From contig NC_057719.1 in the NCBI RefSeq assembly GCF_004010195.1, forward strand, positions 79,283,678 through 79,347,677: a DNA stretch of 64,000 nt, read 5' to 3'. This stretch comes from Chiloscyllium plagiosum. Lineage: Eukaryota. The position numbers and the translations under genes were made by a program. Below, piece by piece: positions 1-11,315 of the stretch (its first letter is position 1; every line of letters starts with the position of its first letter). The notes below the pieces were generated by a model. That model saw nothing but the letters and a program-made list of their open reading frames with translations, had not been told where the DNA came from and made no database searches.

Positions 1-78
1 ATGTAGACACTGGGAGAATGTGCACGCTCCACACAGACAGTCGCCCAGGGCTGGGATCAAATCCGGGTCCCTGGCACC
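1..78 (-). mobile_element. HE1 SINE, partial (runs off window)
   Basis: Reverse complement of HE1 head/V-domain (ggagaatgtgcac..ctccacacagacagtcgccc..ggtccctggc). Confidence 0.8.
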
Positions 79-615
79 GTTTCTCGGAAAAAGTATTTTA
101 AAATCACCCACCCTTTGGGGAGATCCCAGGAGCAGACCCACCCTCTGAAGTGCCGGAGCAGAACAGGCTGCAGCGAATTATCCGGAAAGGAAGCATTGGT
201 TGTGCTCTCGCCAGCTCTTCAGCTGGTGTCCTAGACTCCTCTTGACTTCACTCAGGACAAAAGAAATGGCAGCGCAGACTAGATGGGCTGAAAGGTCTAA
301 TTCTGCTACTACTGTGGTCATTTGTGAAAGAGAGCTGGGATCTGGGATTTATAAATGCAGGGAATGCTCATTTCTTTCATGAGACCCACATCCAGCACAG
401 AGGTGGGTAATATGATCCATACTGTGGTCTGGGTCCCACAGTGATGCCGTCTGAACCCTTACTGTCAGCCATGGCTAAGTCGATATCACTCTCCCCTCCT
501 GGGTCACAAGGTTCCCATGTTTGAGTCCCACTGTAGGATATTGAGCTCAAAGACACTCCAGCACAGCACTGAGGGGGAGCTGTAGTGTTTGGATGAGACA
601 TTTAGCTGCGGCCTT

Positions 616-1725
616 GACCAGATGGGCTGTGGTGTGGCAGATGGAGTTTAATTTAGATAAATGTGAGGTGCTGCATTTTGGAAAGGCAAATCAGGGCAGG
701 ACTTAGATATTTAATGGTAAGGTCTTGGGGAGTGTTGCCGAGCAAAGAGACATTGGAGTGCAGGTTCATAGCTCCTTGAAAATGGAGTCACAGGTAGGTA
801 GGATGATGAATAAGGCATTTGGTATGCTTTCCTTTGTTGGTCAGTGCATTGAGTATAGGACTTGAGGTTATTTTGTAGCTGTACAGGACATTGGTTAGGC
901 CACTTTTGGAATACTGTGTTCAGGTCTGGTCTCCCTGCTATAGACAAGGTGTGAAAGGGTTCAGAAAAGATTTGCAAGGATGTTGCCAGGGTTGGAAGGT
1001 TTGAACTACAAGGGGAGGCTGAATATATTGTGTCTATTTTCACTGGAGCTTTGGAGGCTGAGGGCTGACCTTTATAGGGATTTATAAAATTATGTGGGGG
1101 AGTGAATAGGGCAGTACAGTAACCCAGTGGTTAGCACTGCTGCCTCACAGCACCAGGTTCAGTTCCATATTCAAGTACTGCGTGTGTGGAGTTTGCACAT
1201 TCTCCCAGTGTCTGTGTGGGTTTCCCCTGAGTGCTCCAGTTTCCTCTCACAGTGCAAAGATGTGCAGGTTGGGTGGATTGGCCATGAAAAATTGCCTATC
1301 GTATCCAGGGGTGTGTAGGTTAGATGGATTAGCCATTGGACATGCAAGGTCACAGAGATAAAGTGGAGCGGGGGGTGGTGAGTCTGGGTGAGATGTTCTT
1401 GGGAGAGTCAGTGTGGACAAATGACCTGCTTCCACACTGTAGGGATTCTATTGACTATTTATGAATAGGGTGAATAGTCAAGGTCTTTGCCCCAGGGGAG
1501 GGGTGTACAAAACAAGATGGCAAGTTTAAGGGGCAGCGAAAGATTTAAGAAGAATCAGAGGGGCAACCTTTTCATGCAGAGTGTGGTGCATGAGTGGAAT
1601 GAGCTGCCAGAGTAAGTGGTGGAGGCTGGTACAATATGTTAAAGGCATCTGAATGGGTTTAGGATATCTGGTCAGCATGGACGAGTTGGACCGAAGGGTC
1701 TGTTTCCGTACAACTGTATGATTCT
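616..1725 (+). mobile_element. CR1/HER1-type LINE 3' fragment (RT C-terminus + 3' UTR), interrupted by HE1 at ~1109-1451
   Basis: Encodes decayed WQMEFNLDKCEVLHFG, LVRPLLEYCVQ and VVHEWNELPE motifs; typical 3' UTR gttggaccgaagggtctgtttcc. Confidence 0.9.
1109..1451 (+). mobile_element. HE1 SINE
   Basis: cagtggttagcactgctgcctcacagc head, gtggagtttgcacattctcc core, ccacactgtagggattcta tail. Confidence 0.9.
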
Positions 1726-1920
1726 AATCTGCTAACTCAGGTGGATGTTTCAGATACCGTACTGTTAAGAGAAAAGCCAGGTGAGTTATCCTCATTGTCC
1801 CATCCATAATTTATCCTTCAACTGACATTACAAAAACATGTTAGCTGGTCATTGTCACAGTGCTGTTTGGCAGCTTGCTGTGTGTAAGTTTTCACTACAC
1901 TACATTGCTGTAAAGCAATT

Positions 1921-2231
1921 GGATGGCACGGTGGCTCAGTGGTTAGCACTGCAGCCTCACAGCACCAGGATCTCAGGTTCGATTCCAGCCTCGGGTGGCT
2001 GTCTGTGTGGAGTTTGTATGTTCTCCCAGTGTCTGCGTGGACTTCCCTCCAGGTGCTCTGGTTTCCTCCCACAGTCCAAAGATGTGCAGGTCAGGTGAAT
2101 TGGCCATGCTAAATTGCCCATAGTGTTAGGTGCATTAGTCAGAGGGAAATGGGTCTGGGTGGGTTACTCTTTGGAGGGTCAGTGTGGACTGGTTGGGCTG
2201 AAGGGCCTGATTCCACACTGTAGGGAATCTA
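1921..2231 (+). mobile_element. HE1 SINE, full length
   Basis: ggcacggtggctcagtggttagcac A-box, ggttcgattcc B-box, HE1 core and LINE-derived tail. Confidence 0.93.
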
Positions 2232-2809
2232 ACAAAAATTCTGAGACTTTCCTTCAACACTCGTGGCAAGTGCTGTATAAATGTGCACATGCCCTTTGTT
2301 TTACTTTGTTTGATCCAAAATTCTTAATTATTTTCTCCACTGTGTGTTTACCTAACTTGTGTGTGGGCTGTCTACGTTAATTCAAGGGGAACCAGCAACA
2401 CAGCCACCAAATGTTTCACAGGAGCACTGTCGGCAATCCCCAAGGCACAAAAAGCTCTCTCAGGCTCACCAATTAGCACTGCAACAGGAACAAACAACAT
2501 CAGAGAGAATCGCGTTCCACTTGGTGGGTGGTAAGGTATGGTGGGGAGGGGGGGGGGGGGGGGGGGGAAGGATGCTGCAGAGAAGGTAGAGACAGATGTG
2601 GTGTTTCCTAGAATGCACAGAAACCTGACAGCCTGGCCAATGTTTCAGATCAAAAGAGAAAGCTGAATCTCCTCATTTAGAAAAGCTGGCTAGCAGGGAC
2701 GGTAGTGAAGGAACAGCACAAGTTGGTGCCTGTAGGAGGGAATGTTTACAGTGGTCAGAATCCCCACTCTCTGTGGATAGCAGCCTCTGATAATGCGCCC
2801 AGCAGATTG

Positions 2810-3075
2810 ACATTTCCTTTGTATCTTTCACGACTTCAGGATGTCCCAAACCATTTCACAGCCAGTGAAGTATTTCTGAAGTGTCGATACTGTACTCATG
2901 CAGGAAACTCAGTTGCCAACTTGTAAACAGCAAGCTTCCACTAATAGCAGGATTTGAGAATGGCTAGATGATGTGTTACTGTGGTTTTGGTTAGGGAATA
3001 AATATATTACCAGGACACTAGAGAGAGCTTCCCTGTTCCTCTTAGCATAATACAATGGAATCTTTTACGTTCACA
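2810..3075 (-). mobile_element. DeuSINE (SacSINE1-like) fragment
   Basis: ctttcacgacttcaggatgtcccaaaccatttcacagccagtgaagta = reverse of DeuSINE 3' part. Confidence 0.65.
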
Positions 3076-3579
3076 GAATACAGAACATGCGGTGACCCAG
3101 ATTTATCCACAGTAAGGAAGTCTATTTAAAATCCTCTGAGAGTATCTCAGCAACTGGCTAACTGAGAGGTTTTTTTTTTACAAAAGGTAAAATGTCTGTA
3201 TTTATAGTTAAGTCTGACAGACGACCTGCAGAGATTTGGTTAGCAGAGAAAATTATTATTGTTTTCTCTTATACTTTAGAATTTATCTTTTAGTGTGTTT
3301 AAAAATAAACTTTTACAAAGTCTCAACTGACACTTTGTTGTAGGTTTGTTGTGAACATTTAGGAACCATGGGGTTGTCACAATTCTGGTCGAACACCCTT
3401 CTCAATCTCCTAGTGTTTTTCTTCCATTGTTAAACAGGAAGTTAAATGTTGGTTAGACTGAGTCCAGCCAGATGTTTTTCTAGTCAGAGTTTTATTCCAA
3501 TTGATGCCCTATACATACCTAGTCAAGTTCTCCTTTGATTAACATGTAACCATCAAGTATTTACTAATTTAATTTGGTC

Positions 3580-3700
3580 AGAAGTCATACGACACCAGGT
3601 ATAAAATGGATTTCAAATAAACCTGTTGGACTATAACCTGGTGTCCTCTGACTTCTGACCTTGTCCACCTCAGTTCAACGCTGACACCTCCACATCATAG
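3580..3700. mobile_element. Penelope-like terminal-repeat element family B, inverted arrangement, ribozyme core deleted
   Basis: gtcagaagtca..gacaccaggt vs acctggtgtc..tgacttctgac inverted arms; TSD tttaatttggtc at 3568-3579 and 3701-3712. Confidence 0.7.
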
Positions 3701-3859
3701 TTTAATTTGGTCCTGGATATTCCTGCCAGAAAATATATTAGATCATAATGTCCAGTCCCCCTGTGTTTTAAGACTTTCGTCACCATCTCTTTCCATCTGG
3801 CCTTTTGTGTTCCTCTTCCTGGCTGTCCCATCTCCATCACTGGCCTCACCATGTTTCCT

Positions 3860-4005
3860 CCCTCTCTCCCTCTGTTTCCTGTTTGTCTGTCTCCCTCCCT
3901 CTCTTTCGCTCTCTTTCGCTCTCTTTCTCTCCCTTTCGCTCTCGCTCTCTTTTTCTCTCTCAGTCTCTTTCTCTCTCGCTTTCTTTCTCTCTCTCTTTTT
4001 CTCCG
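3860..4005. repeat. CT-rich imperfect microsatellite
   Basis: (CT)n/ctttcg runs seen directly. Confidence 0.95.
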
Positions 4006-4647
4006 CAGCAGATAGCCAAACCATTTCAATCTCTTCTTGGTATTCCTACAATCTTCATTAATTCCCTCAGGTATCTGGTTCCTGCTTTTGCCAGTTCTCA
4101 TTGGTTCATCTCAGCACCCATGTCTCATTGTTCCCTCTCCTGGATATTGCCCAGGTTTCTGCACTGGATGTCAAGGTTGTACACTTGAATATACAATGAT
4201 TTCTTTAAAAACATAAATCTGAATATGTATACTCATCAGTGCTAGACCAACAAACCTTATGTCTTTCCTCTCTAGTCTCCTCCCTAAAATTAATTGGAGA
4301 AAAATTGTTGTTTCATTAAATGTTTTAAATTAAAGTGTATTTAATTAAATGCTGGTTTATATAGTTCAGCTATGTGATTGTGTTATTGGTTTCCGATATG
4401 GGTTACATCACTTTGAAAAATCGAAAGATTAAGTAACAATGGAAGTAAGCTAACTGCATCTAATTTGCAAAGCCAGTTGATTCCATATAATTGACACAGG
4501 AAGAGCCCATCAAGCCTATTCCAATATTCATGACGCAACCTAATACCCACTTGTGCTGTGCTTTACAGAGTAACCCCATAATGTGTAGTGCTGCAAACAC
4601 AGTCGGTCAGGCAGCATCTGAGGACAGGAAAGTCAATGTTTCGAGAG

Positions 4648-5186
4648 TTTTGCTGAACAAAGAGACCTTGGAGTGCACGTTCATAGCACCTTGAAAGTGG
4701 AGTCGCAGGTAGGATAGTGAAGGAGGTGTTTGGTATGCTTTCCTTTATTGGTCAGAGTATTGAGTACAGGANNNNNNNNNNNNNNNNNNNNNNNNNNNNN
4801 NNNNNNNNNNNNNNNNNNNNNNNNNNNNNNNNNNNNNNNNNNNNNNNNNNNNNNNNNNNNNNNNNNNNNNNNNNNNNNNNNNNNNNNNNNNNNNNNNNNN
4901 NNNNNNNNNNNNNNNNNNNNNNNNNNNNNNNNNNNNNNNNNNNNNNNNNNNNNNNNNNNNNNNNNNNNNNNNGGGTGGTCCGTGTATGGAATGAGCTGCC
5001 AGAGGAAGTGGTGGAGGCTGGTACAATTGCAACATTTTAAAGGGATTTGGATGGGTTTATGAATAGGAAGGGTTTGGAGGGATATGGGCCAAGTGCTGAC
5101 AGGTGGGACTAGATTAGGTTGGGATATCTGGTCGGCATGGGTTGGACCAAAGGGTCTGTTTCTATGCTGTACATCTCTATGACACT
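4648..5186 (+). mobile_element. CR1/HER1-type LINE 3' fragment spanning assembly gap
   Basis: FGMLSFIGQSIEYR before gap and VVRVWNELPEEVVEAGTI after; typical 3' UTR. Confidence 0.9.
4772..4972. other. Assembly gap (201 N)
   Basis: Run of N. Confidence 1.
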
Positions 5187-5207
5187 ATAAGCCCTTCATC
5201 AGGAATG

Positions 5208-5370
5208 ATTAGATTAGATTAGATTACTTTACAGTGTGGAAACAGGCCCTTCGGCCCAACAAGTCCACACCGACCCGCCGAAGTGCAAACCACCCATACC
5301 CCTACATTTACCCCTTACCTAACACTACGGACAATTTAGCATAGCCAATTCACCTGACCTGCACATCTTT
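5208..5370 (-). mobile_element. HE1 SINE 3' half
   Basis: (attag)n tail followed by acagtgtggaaacaggcccttcggcccaacaagtccac. Confidence 0.9.
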
Positions 5371-5475
5371 GAACTGCTCCTTCTCGAAATGTCGACTCTC
5401 CTGCTCCTTGGATGCTGCCTGACCATCTGTGCTTTTCCAGCACCACACTTTTCAACTCTGGTCTCCAGCATCTCC

Positions 5476-5598
5476 ATGTGGAGATGCCGGTGTTGGACTG
5501 GGGTGGATAAAGTTAAAAATCACACAGTGCCAGGTTATAGTCCAACAAGTTTATTTGGAAGTACGAGCTTTCAGAGCAGTGGTCCTTCATCAGGCACC
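5476..5598 (-). mobile_element. Penelope-like family B terminus with minimal hammerhead ribozyme core (5561-5597)
   Basis: Minus strand gtgc CTGATGA a ggacc act gctct GAAA gc TC gtac; stem I gtgc/gtac, stem II imperfect. Confidence 0.7.
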
Positions 5599-5599
5599 A

Positions 5600-5740
5600 T
5601 CAGATGGTTTATATATAGAATAATGGATACTCAGGAGTGCATCACAGACTGGAATCTAGTTGAGGGGTTCTCATGATTTATACAGTGTAATGAATACCAG
5701 GAGTGAGTTACAGACTGGAATCTAACGGAGGGGTTCAGAT
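5600..5740. repeat. Two ~66-bp satellite-like units
   Basis: caggagtg..cagactggaatcta..gaggggttc occurs twice. Confidence 0.75.
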
Positions 5741-6254
5741 TGTTCCTTAGCACGGGGGGGGTTGGTACCCAGCAGTGAGTCGATGTATTTTAATCGAGGT
5801 AATATAGTTTCATTGTGGGTGTTAGTTGTCTGTAATATCAAGGCTAAACTGTCATTTTGGAGAAGAGGCTGCAGGAAGTCTTTGTGTCACACAACAAGTA
5901 GCGTTTGGGCTTGTATTTGGGAGAATGCATGGAATTCTGTCTTTAAGGATGGGTTAGGACAAGAACTGGAGACCATCACTGACCTGAGAGGATATCTGCT
6001 TTCATTACCTAAAGATCCAGGGCAGTTGTTTCTCTTATTTGAGCTTGACAATGTCCGGTACTTATCTCAGTGATGTTATCGATAGCGTGGTTTTCCCATG
6101 CATTGCGTTATTTTGTTTCCTGTCTGTTCTGAATCTATTTTAGAAGAGCTTGCATTTATGTAGCACCTTTCACAAACTCAGAAGGTTCAAAAGTGATTTG
6201 CAGACTATCAGGTACTTTTTGAAGCCTTTGAGCTAGAAGATTGCAGTTTTAACT

Positions 6255-6585
6255 GAGATCTCAGCATCAAATCCAGGCTGGAGGTTTAGTGTTACAGTAA
6301 AGAAGTGCTGCATTGTTGGAGGTGCTATCTTTCAGACAAAACTCGGTCTGCCCCCTCAGGTTAGTGTGAAGAATGCAATGGAGCTTTCTAACTGTCTGAG
6401 CCAATCATCATCCTATTCTACTGAGCACATGAACTGATTATTAAATGCAGTGCTGTTATGGGATCTTGGTGTGCACACATTGGCTGCGCATTCCTATGTT
6501 ACACCAGGTGGCTACATTCAAAGGTATTTCACTTCGGGGCATCCTGAGGTGAGAACAGGCTAGATGTAAACACAAGTTCATTCTT
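6255..6585 (+). mobile_element. DeuSINE (SacSINE1-like)
   Basis: gtgctgcattgttggaggtgctatctttcag..ctcaggt..gggatcttggtgtgcacacattggctg..catcctgaggt. Confidence 0.7.
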
Positions 6586-6819
6586 TCTCTCAGCGAATGT
6601 TTACTTTGAAGATTCAGAGCTGCCCAGTAAATGGAAAAGTTGTGTAATCAGATCCTCAGCAAGTAAACAGGCCATTGACTCGGGGTCAGTCCCTTCCCAC
6701 AGGAACCAGCTCTGGGCACTCCACCAGACACAGCTTCCGACACCACGTGTATCCCAACCTAGAATGGGACTCTCTGTACTCCAAACTAGGAGAAAACAGC
6801 TGGATTCCAATAGTCGCTA

Positions 6820-7135
6820 CAAATAGCTACATATCTCTTTCCAATCTCTGTAATCTCCTCCGGCCTACAATCCTCAGCGTTCTCAGAATTCCTCCAATTC
6901 TGGTCTCTAGTACCTGCCCCATTAACTTCACTCCACTGTCAGTGGAACTACCTCTCCTCAGTCTCCTCGCTCCCCCTGCCCCCTTGCTCCCTTCCCCATC
7001 ACTCTGTTCCTTTGAGGCACTTGAGAAAACATCTTGATTCACCTGTTCTATTACCTCCTTGTCCGTCACAGTGTCAAATTTTGTGCAAGCCTTGGGATTC
7101 TTTATTATAGAAAATGTCACTATCCACATTCAGTT
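6820..7135 (+). mobile_element. L2-type LINE 3' remnant
   Basis: ctctgtaatctcctccggcctacaatcctc..cctccaattctggtctct, ending gccttggga..cactat. Confidence 0.55.
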
Positions 7136-7270
7136 ATTTTGCATTACACTCTAGGCCTTCCATCATCTCTAGGCATCCAAACCCAACCTGAGATGATGCT
7201 TGTACGTTAGCTGATCGACTACAGCTCTGATGGACTCGCTGACTGACTACAACCAGCTGTCATTCCACCT

Positions 7271-7553
7271 GCACCCTGTTACTGACTGTGTCTCTCCTGA
7301 CGTTAATCCAGTGCCTTCACACTGTCTCTCAGTAACCCCTCTCTCCCAGCACCCTGTGTTACTGACTGTATCTCTCCTGATTTAATCCAGCTCCCTCACA
7401 CTGTCACTCAGTTAACCCCTCTCCCTCCAGCACCCTGTATGACTGACTGTATCTCTCCTGACGTTAATCCAGTTCCCTCACACTGTCAGTCAGTAACCCT
7501 TCTTCCCCCGCCAATACCTTATGTTACTGGCTGTATCTCTCCTGATGTTAATC
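7271..7553. repeat. Minisatellite, ~80-bp unit x ~3.5
   Basis: gcaccctg..actgactgtatctctcctgacgttaatccag..cacactgtc..cagtaaccc units start near 7271, 7349, 7430, 7513. Confidence 0.9.
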
Positions 7554-8034
7554 TGACACTGGTAATTGTAGAGTTCCTGTTTAAGGTGTCCAGCTAATGC
7601 CTGTCTGTGACCTGTATGATATATCTGCCCCCTGCTGGATTTATTGCTGTAATGTGATATACTTCAGTTTATAATTAACGCAAGAATTGCATTAAGTCAG
7701 TTAATCAGCGGCTGAATGGGAAAGGTCACCATTGATGTTTTTGTCAGACTTTGAATCATGGTCATGAACATGTGGATTCTTTGAGTAGTGGAAAACATAA
7801 TGAACAGTGAAGGAAATCCTGTGAAAGATTCTTGGAGATTCAAGTTGCAGAAACCTTCTTATTTTGACCCCGCAAGCTGCAGAAAAAGATTCAGGGCAAA
7901 GGAGGGTATTTCTTTGGTGTCTGGGTAAAGTTGCATGACCGTGAGCATAAAAGAAAATTGGGGATGATAAAACAGAAGTGTACAGTGCTGCTGTACCTGA
8001 CTTGGACCATTCGAAAACAAATCCAACATTTCAA

Positions 8035-8538
8035 TTAGATTAGATTTCCTACAGTGTGGAAACAGGCTGTTCAGCCCAAACCAACTGGCTGAAGAGTAAC
8101 TCACCCAGACCCATATTCTTCTGAGGAGAAAGTGAGGACTGCAGATGCTGGAGATCAGAGTCGAAAATGTGTTGCTGGAAAAGCGCAGCAGGTCAGGCAG
8201 CATCCAAGGAGCAGGAGAATCGACGTTTCGGGCTGAAGAAGGGCTCATGCCCGAAACGTCGATTCTCCTGCTCCTTGGATGCTGCCTGACCTGCTGCGCT
8301 TTTCCAGCAACACACTTTCGGCCATATTCCTCTGACTAATGTACCTAACACTAAAGGCAATTTAGCACGGCCAATTCACCTGGACTGTGGGAGGAAACCC
8401 ACACAGACACGAGAAGAACGTCCAAACCCCACACAGACAGTCTCCCGAAGGTGGAAGTGAACCTGGGACCCTGGTGCTGTGAGGCAGTAGTGCTAGGTGC
8501 TGTGTGGCAGTAGTGCTAGCCACTGTGCCACCGTGCTG
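8035..8538 (-). mobile_element. HE1 SINE interrupted by Penelope-like element
   Basis: Tail at 8035-8124; head and core at 8322-8538. Confidence 0.88.
8125..8321. mobile_element. Penelope-like family A inverted element with hammerhead core (8233-8260)
   Basis: CTGAAGA a gggc tcat gccc GAAA cg TC; 72-bp inverted arms; TSD ccatattc(t/c)tctga at 8111-8124 and 8322-8335. Confidence 0.8.
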
Positions 8539-8789
8539 TCCTATTGACACTTTGATGACCACAGTACATAGCAAAGTATTTTAAAGTAATAAGTGCTCCT
8601 GAGCTGCGTTCACTATGTTAATGTAAGAATAAGATCCCACTGTGAACACCGTAATAATGAATGGTTAGGATCTGTTTCTTCACTTACGTTTTTCTCAGGG
8701 ACCAATATTACCCCAGGCAGTGGGTGTGGGCGGGATGGGGTGTGGGGGGAATAATTTCCTGCTCCACTCCACAAGGGGCTGTTGCTCGG

Positions 8790-9180
8790 TTGTTTTGAGG
8801 AAATATCAGGCAGAAATGGGCTTGTTTTCACTGACATTCAGAAGAGCAAGGAATGATTTGATTGACATTTTTGAGACCCTGAGTAGTGTTGAGAAAGCAG
8901 ATATGGAAGGGATGAAAGGAAGTCTAGGGGTTTTAAATCATTGGAATCAGAGGTCGCTTTTTTTGACTGGAAATGAGGGGAACTTTCTGGTGCCCCCTCA
9001 GAGTATGTGACTTTGAACCTCTGTCTCGGGAGAGAGTAGAGGCAGGATTATTGAATATATCAAAAGTAGAATTACACAGACCATTGTGGGGCTATGGGAA
9101 TCAGCATAGAAACAGGTGCCTTCAATTCCCATTGAAGGATAAAGCAGATTTGAGGAGACAAATGGCCAATTCCTGTTCCT
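8790..9180 (+). mobile_element. Old CR1 3' fragment
   Basis: GLFSLTFRRARNDLIDIFETL resembles decayed CR1 [17 protein letters not shown]; 3' UTR ends ggccaattcctgttcct. Confidence 0.7.
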
Positions 9181-9487
9181 AATGGCGTATTTATTTGCTT
9201 ACCCCCACCTGGGGTGCTCATTTTTAAGACTTCTGTCACAACAGCATTGCCTCAGTACAGCGCAAGAATGCCAGACTTCATTACTTATTACCAACCTACT
9301 GGGGTTGGAAAGTTACATCTGTTCCCACTCTCCTTTACGTGAAAACTGCCTACCCAGGCTCTTGGAAGTCACAACCTCACTTTGCCCTAACCCACCAGGT
9401 TGCAGAGAGTCATATACCCTGTCAGCACTCTGGGAGTCGTAGTCTGTCTTATCTGTTAATTAAGAGACCCACTAGCATACTCCACCA

Positions 9488-9780
9488 GGATGGCACAGTG
9501 GTTAGCACTGCTGTCTCACAGCGCCAGAGACCCGCGTTCATGTCCCGCCTCAGGCAACTGTCTGTGTGGAGTTTGCACATTCTCCCCGTGTCTGCTTGGG
9601 TTTCCTCCCACAGACCAAAAATGTGCAGGTTAGGTGAATTGGCCATTCTAAATTGCCCGTAGTGTTAGGTGAAGGGGTAAAAATAGGGGAATGGGTTTGG
9701 GTGGGTTTGCTCTTCGGAGTGTCTTTGTGGATTTGTTGGGCCGAAGGGCCTGTTTCCACACTGTAAGTGATCTGATGTAA
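9488..9780 (+). mobile_element. HE1 SINE
   Basis: HE1 head, core and tail. Confidence 0.92.
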
Positions 9781-9819
9781 AATAGTCATGTAATCACGTG
9801 GGTATGGCTTTAGCCTTTG

Positions 9820-10090
9820 ACCCATTAACTCCCCACCTCCAGCACCATGTTGTGAGCTGAAGAACTATGAGAGAGCTGGACTGGAGGATCCAGGCTAGCT
9901 GTCCCAGTGCAATACTGTATCATCAGAGGACACCGTCACATCTTAGCACTAAATAGCGAGCAAGGCAGGGACATTCTCTCTGGTATCCTCAACAATACTA
10001 CCCTGACAAATAGCACCACTTAAATATGTTATTTTGTCATTACCACATTGCTTTTAATGAGAGTTCCTGAACACATTTAGCCTGCTATAT
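9820..10090 (+). mobile_element. DeuSINE fragment, degraded
   Basis: atccaggctag..cccagtgcaatactg..gtcattaccacattgct. Confidence 0.5.
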
Positions 10091-11001
10091 AGGACTCACA
10101 AACCTGACTTTAGCCCCTTCTGGGGCAATGCATTACTGATTGATAAAATACTGTTGCTTTGTATTCAGAAGCAGAATGCTACCCTGTCCTAACCTTTCTG
10201 AACAGCCACCCCATCCAGTAAACAGACAATGGACTTTGCCCCTCTCCCAACACTCTTCAAGGACTGATTCGAGAGCTCTGATTTTGGTGAGGTAAAGTGG
10301 CAAGTTAAACCCTGGCTCAGTAAAACCAAATTCAGATCAGTAACCTCCAGTAAGAATGATTTGACTGTGTCCTGTTTGCTCTGAAAGTTTTTCTAAACAA
10401 CCAGACACAGGATTAAAGATATGTTCCTAACTACGCTGAAAGTATCAATCAAAGAATTTGCTGGGAGATTTTAGCTATTTCAAATAAAATAAAAATTTTG
10501 GACTTCATGATCTGTAAACATTAAAAAAGAGCCAATTGGGGCAACATATCCAAGGCTAACTGCAAGAGAAGGAGAATGGATAGCACTTTCACAATGTATC
10601 ATCGGCACAGTGTATTAAATGGCTGTATTATAAATACAGGCACGTGCGTAGCAATCCAAACTCTTGTTCAAATCCCTCCCAGTGTCTCTAACCTCGCTTT
10701 GGCCTGGCTACCCTCCGGTATATCTGCACCTTTTTTGAATCTCCCACTTTCTTCACCACATTTGCACCCATGTTGGCCTTTGGCATGGGTTTAAACAAGC
10801 AGGGTGTAGGAACTTGAGGGGTTACCCAAATTGGTAGGAAGTAAAGTTGGTCACTGGAAGTCAAAAAGATGTTAAGAAGACCAGAATACAGGAGAAACAA
10901 AGACAAGAGAAACAAAGACAGGCATCACTTGTGCCTTGGAAGTGAATTTATGTTGAAAAAGCAAAGTTAAGGGCATTCTGTCTGAAAGCATTTGCAGTCA
11001 C

Positions 11002-11315
11002 GGGTGGCACAGTGGTTACCACTGCTGCCTCACAGCGCCAGGGACCTGGGTTCAATTCCCGCCTCAGGCGACTCTCTGTGTGGAGTTTGCACGTTCTCCC
11101 CATGTCTGTGTGGGTTTCCTCCGGGTGCTCCGGTTTCCTCCCACAATCCAAAAAATGTGCAGGTCAGGTGAATTGGCCATGCTAAATTGCCCATAGTGTT
11201 AGGTGAAGGGGTAAAATGTAGGGGAATGGGTCTGGGTGGGTTGCACTTCGGCGGGTCAGTGTGGACTTGTTGGGCCAAAGGGCCTGTTTCCACACTGTAA
11301 GTAATCTAATCTAAT
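11002..11315 (+). mobile_element. HE1 SINE (young), inserted in CR1
   Basis: Near-consensus HE1 with (ctaat)n tail. Confidence 0.95.

Larger units (their letters stand above)
470..2290 (+). mobile_element. DeuSINE (SacSINE1-like) split by nested CR1 and HE1 insertions (pieces ~470-612, 1727-1915, 2240-2290)
   Basis: tRNA-like head, gacactccagcacagcactgaggg, caggtggatg, ctggtcattgtcacagtgctgtttg and tail gtgctgtataaatg occur in consensus order. Confidence 0.65.
4590..5473. mobile_element. Penelope-like family A inverted element split by CR1 and HE1 (arms 4590-4647, 5187-5207, 5385-5473)
   Basis: caatgtttcgag|CR1|ataagcccttcatcaggaatg rejoins into the antisense ribozyme; right arm cgaaatgtcgactctcctgctccttggatgctgcc. 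Confidence 0.65.

Noticed and set aside
1127..2380. Recurrent peptides such as VVSTAASQ and CGRKPEHPEETH throughout the window
   Set aside because: Spurious frames of HE1 SINE copies, not a gene family
2542..2568. Poly-G tract, potential G-quadruplex (also ~22582-22610)
   Set aside because: Simple homopolymer or SINE-internal G-run with no supporting context
3670..4188. Long R/E/K-rich and S/L-rich ORFs
   Set aside because: Translations of the CT/AG microsatellite
4717..5062. ORFs containing X runs
   Set aside because: They span the N gap within a CR1 fragment
7271..7553. Possible CRISPR-like array
   Set aside because: Whole units are homologous with no unique spacers; eukaryotic minisatellite
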